NCBI RefSeq assembly: GCF_001194135.2
Contig: NC_068983.1
Coordinates: forward strand, 123,849,151-123,913,150
Length of the DNA stretch: 64,000 nt
Direction: 5' to 3'
Source: Octopus bimaculoides
Lineage: Eukaryota
The notes below the pieces were generated by a model, which did no database searches, had not been told where the DNA came from, and worked only from the letters and a program-made list of their open reading frames with translations. Made by a program: the position numbers and the translations under genes. Shown piece after piece: positions 62,166-64,000 of the stretch (its first letter is position 1; every line of letters starts with the position of its first letter).

Positions 62166-64000
62166 ATCTAACTAATAGGATGAACTGATATGGCAATGGT
62201 GGCAACTGCTGAAAAATCTATAGCAAGAATATATTGCAAAAGAATTTTTTTCAAGGATGCTAGAGAGGAGATATGGCAGTACACTAATTAACTTGGTTAT
62301 GAAACATGGTCGCATATATGCACCTCTATGTGAATATTGGATAAAACTAAAGGATCAATAACAAATGTATGCATTTAGAGAGTTTCAGGAGTTATGTGTA
62401 CTTTTAAGTTGATGATTTCAATTTATAGTCATTTTTCTTTGTGCCATGTTCAAATATTTTGTGATGCTTTCAACAATCACATCTTCTAAAGTAGGATGCT
62501 TCCTCTAGAATTGCTTACTTCACTGCAAAATGACTATTTAAAAAAAATTTTAAATGTCTAAAGAGTCAAAGTGTTCTGCATAAAGACAAAACACAATAGT
62601 TTTGGAAAAGTGAAAGTTTAGTCTACTCGACCATCATTTATCACATGCTTACATGCAATTTAAAATCATATCCATGAATTAGTATTAATCAAGAATATGA
62701 TGGAAAAGAGTATTCAATGAGAATAAATTATTAATTGTGTAGTAAAAAAAATTTTAAATTTTAATGTTTTACTGTACTTTTTACATCAAAGGCCAATTTT
62801 AAATTGAATGGAAGAATGGAATAGATATGGAAATGAAATTAAAGCATTGCTGTCAAATCATAGGCATTTTTTAAAGAACTAGGGGGTGGGGGTGGTCAGT
62901 CATTATATAGCCCCAGGTTTTATATAAAATGAAACTGAAATATACTTTTAAAACGTACATATAATTTCTTTGAAGGTGATGATTTACTCCTTTACTGCTC
63001 TGGAGTTTCTCATCACATTCAAATGAAAAGGCAATAAAAAGGAAGATTCATCATTTAATTGCCTGAAGGATCACAAATGGCACAAGACTCCAATAATTGA
63101 GTGAACCATCAATTGCAAATGAATAAGTAAACTCTGCTATGTGTATTGTGTATTGGACTGCCGATAAAAATTGTGTAGAAAAATAATTCTGTTCTTTTAA
63201 AATGAACTGGCTTTTATGAAATATAGGGGTGGGTGGGGGAGAAGGAGGGTATTTTTGTTAGGCTTCATAAATACATTTCATATCTTCACAACTCTTAGAG
63301 CTTTAATTTTAGCAACGGGGAAAGGTAACATAGCTTATACTGTACAATAAATGTAAGAAATAAAGATAAAGGTTATAAAATAAACTTTAGAGTTCTTACT
63401 CAAAAAATTAGAATATCTGATGCTTTATTAATTAATGATTAATTGCTATTTTTCAGAGATACATTAAATGATACATAAATATATAGCAAAAGGATCAAAT
63501 CAACAGCAAACTTAATTTACAACCATAAACTTGTTTTCAAAACTTTTCACCTTCAAAATGTTTTTATGTAATCTTCTCAAAAACTTCAATTACAAAGGAA
63601 TGGTACATATTTTGAAACATGAATTTATGAAATAATTACCACTATAATTCATATTTTAAGTTAAACAATTCACTTACTTTAAAATATAACCAAAGAAAAA
63701 GTGTATCGAGGAAACATATGTTAAGGATTTATTTAAAATATATTTAATTACTTTTAAATATTTTTTAAAGTGTTTTTTTATCTGTCAAAATCCAATTTTC
63801 AAAAATTTAGTAAAATTATATTTATCATATTCTAAAATTTTCAAACTGAAATCATGTATAATTCAGCAATATAAGCACCAATAAGGGATCAAATAGCAAC
63901 TGTTTCTTAATCATTTTAAAAGACTCCAAGTTAGTCTGACACAATCAAAAAAATACTAGTTATTAAATAACAAAATAAAAATTAGTTTTAAAAAGAAGAA

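Overview
AT-rich eukaryotic genomic DNA; gene structure and repeat families point to a mollusc, most likely an octopod cephalopod (inference). The right half (34775-60540, minus strand) holds the last 22 coding exons of a KMT2C/KMT2D (MLL3/4, trithorax-related) H3K4 methyltransferase gene. These exons splice in frame through GT-AG introns into about 1640 C-terminal residues (LxxLL, C2C2 zinc-finger-like motif, ePHD, FYRN, FYRC, WIN, SET, post-SET); the 5' part lies beyond the right edge. A convergent plus-strand gene of unrecognised product has a terminal coding exon at 17433-18295 and candidate upstream exons at 5523 and 9393. The rest is transposon debris: a decayed Ty3/Gypsy element with a tRNA-Trp PBS, RTE LINE fragments (one with an embedded PHD finger), a mariner fragment nested in an RTE, two head-to-tail Helitrons, many tRNA-headed SINEs, microsatellites and four N gaps. 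The most striking unexplained element is a compact minus-strand stress-type promoter at 3206-3359: a 7-unit heat-shock element, a UPRE-like box, two ETS sites, TATA, Inr and a short exon with a GTAAGT donor. It fires into a decayed retroelement ORF1/gag-like frame and the Gypsy element, with no host coding target visible in the window. Comparisons to human KMT2C/D are from memory and were not computed.
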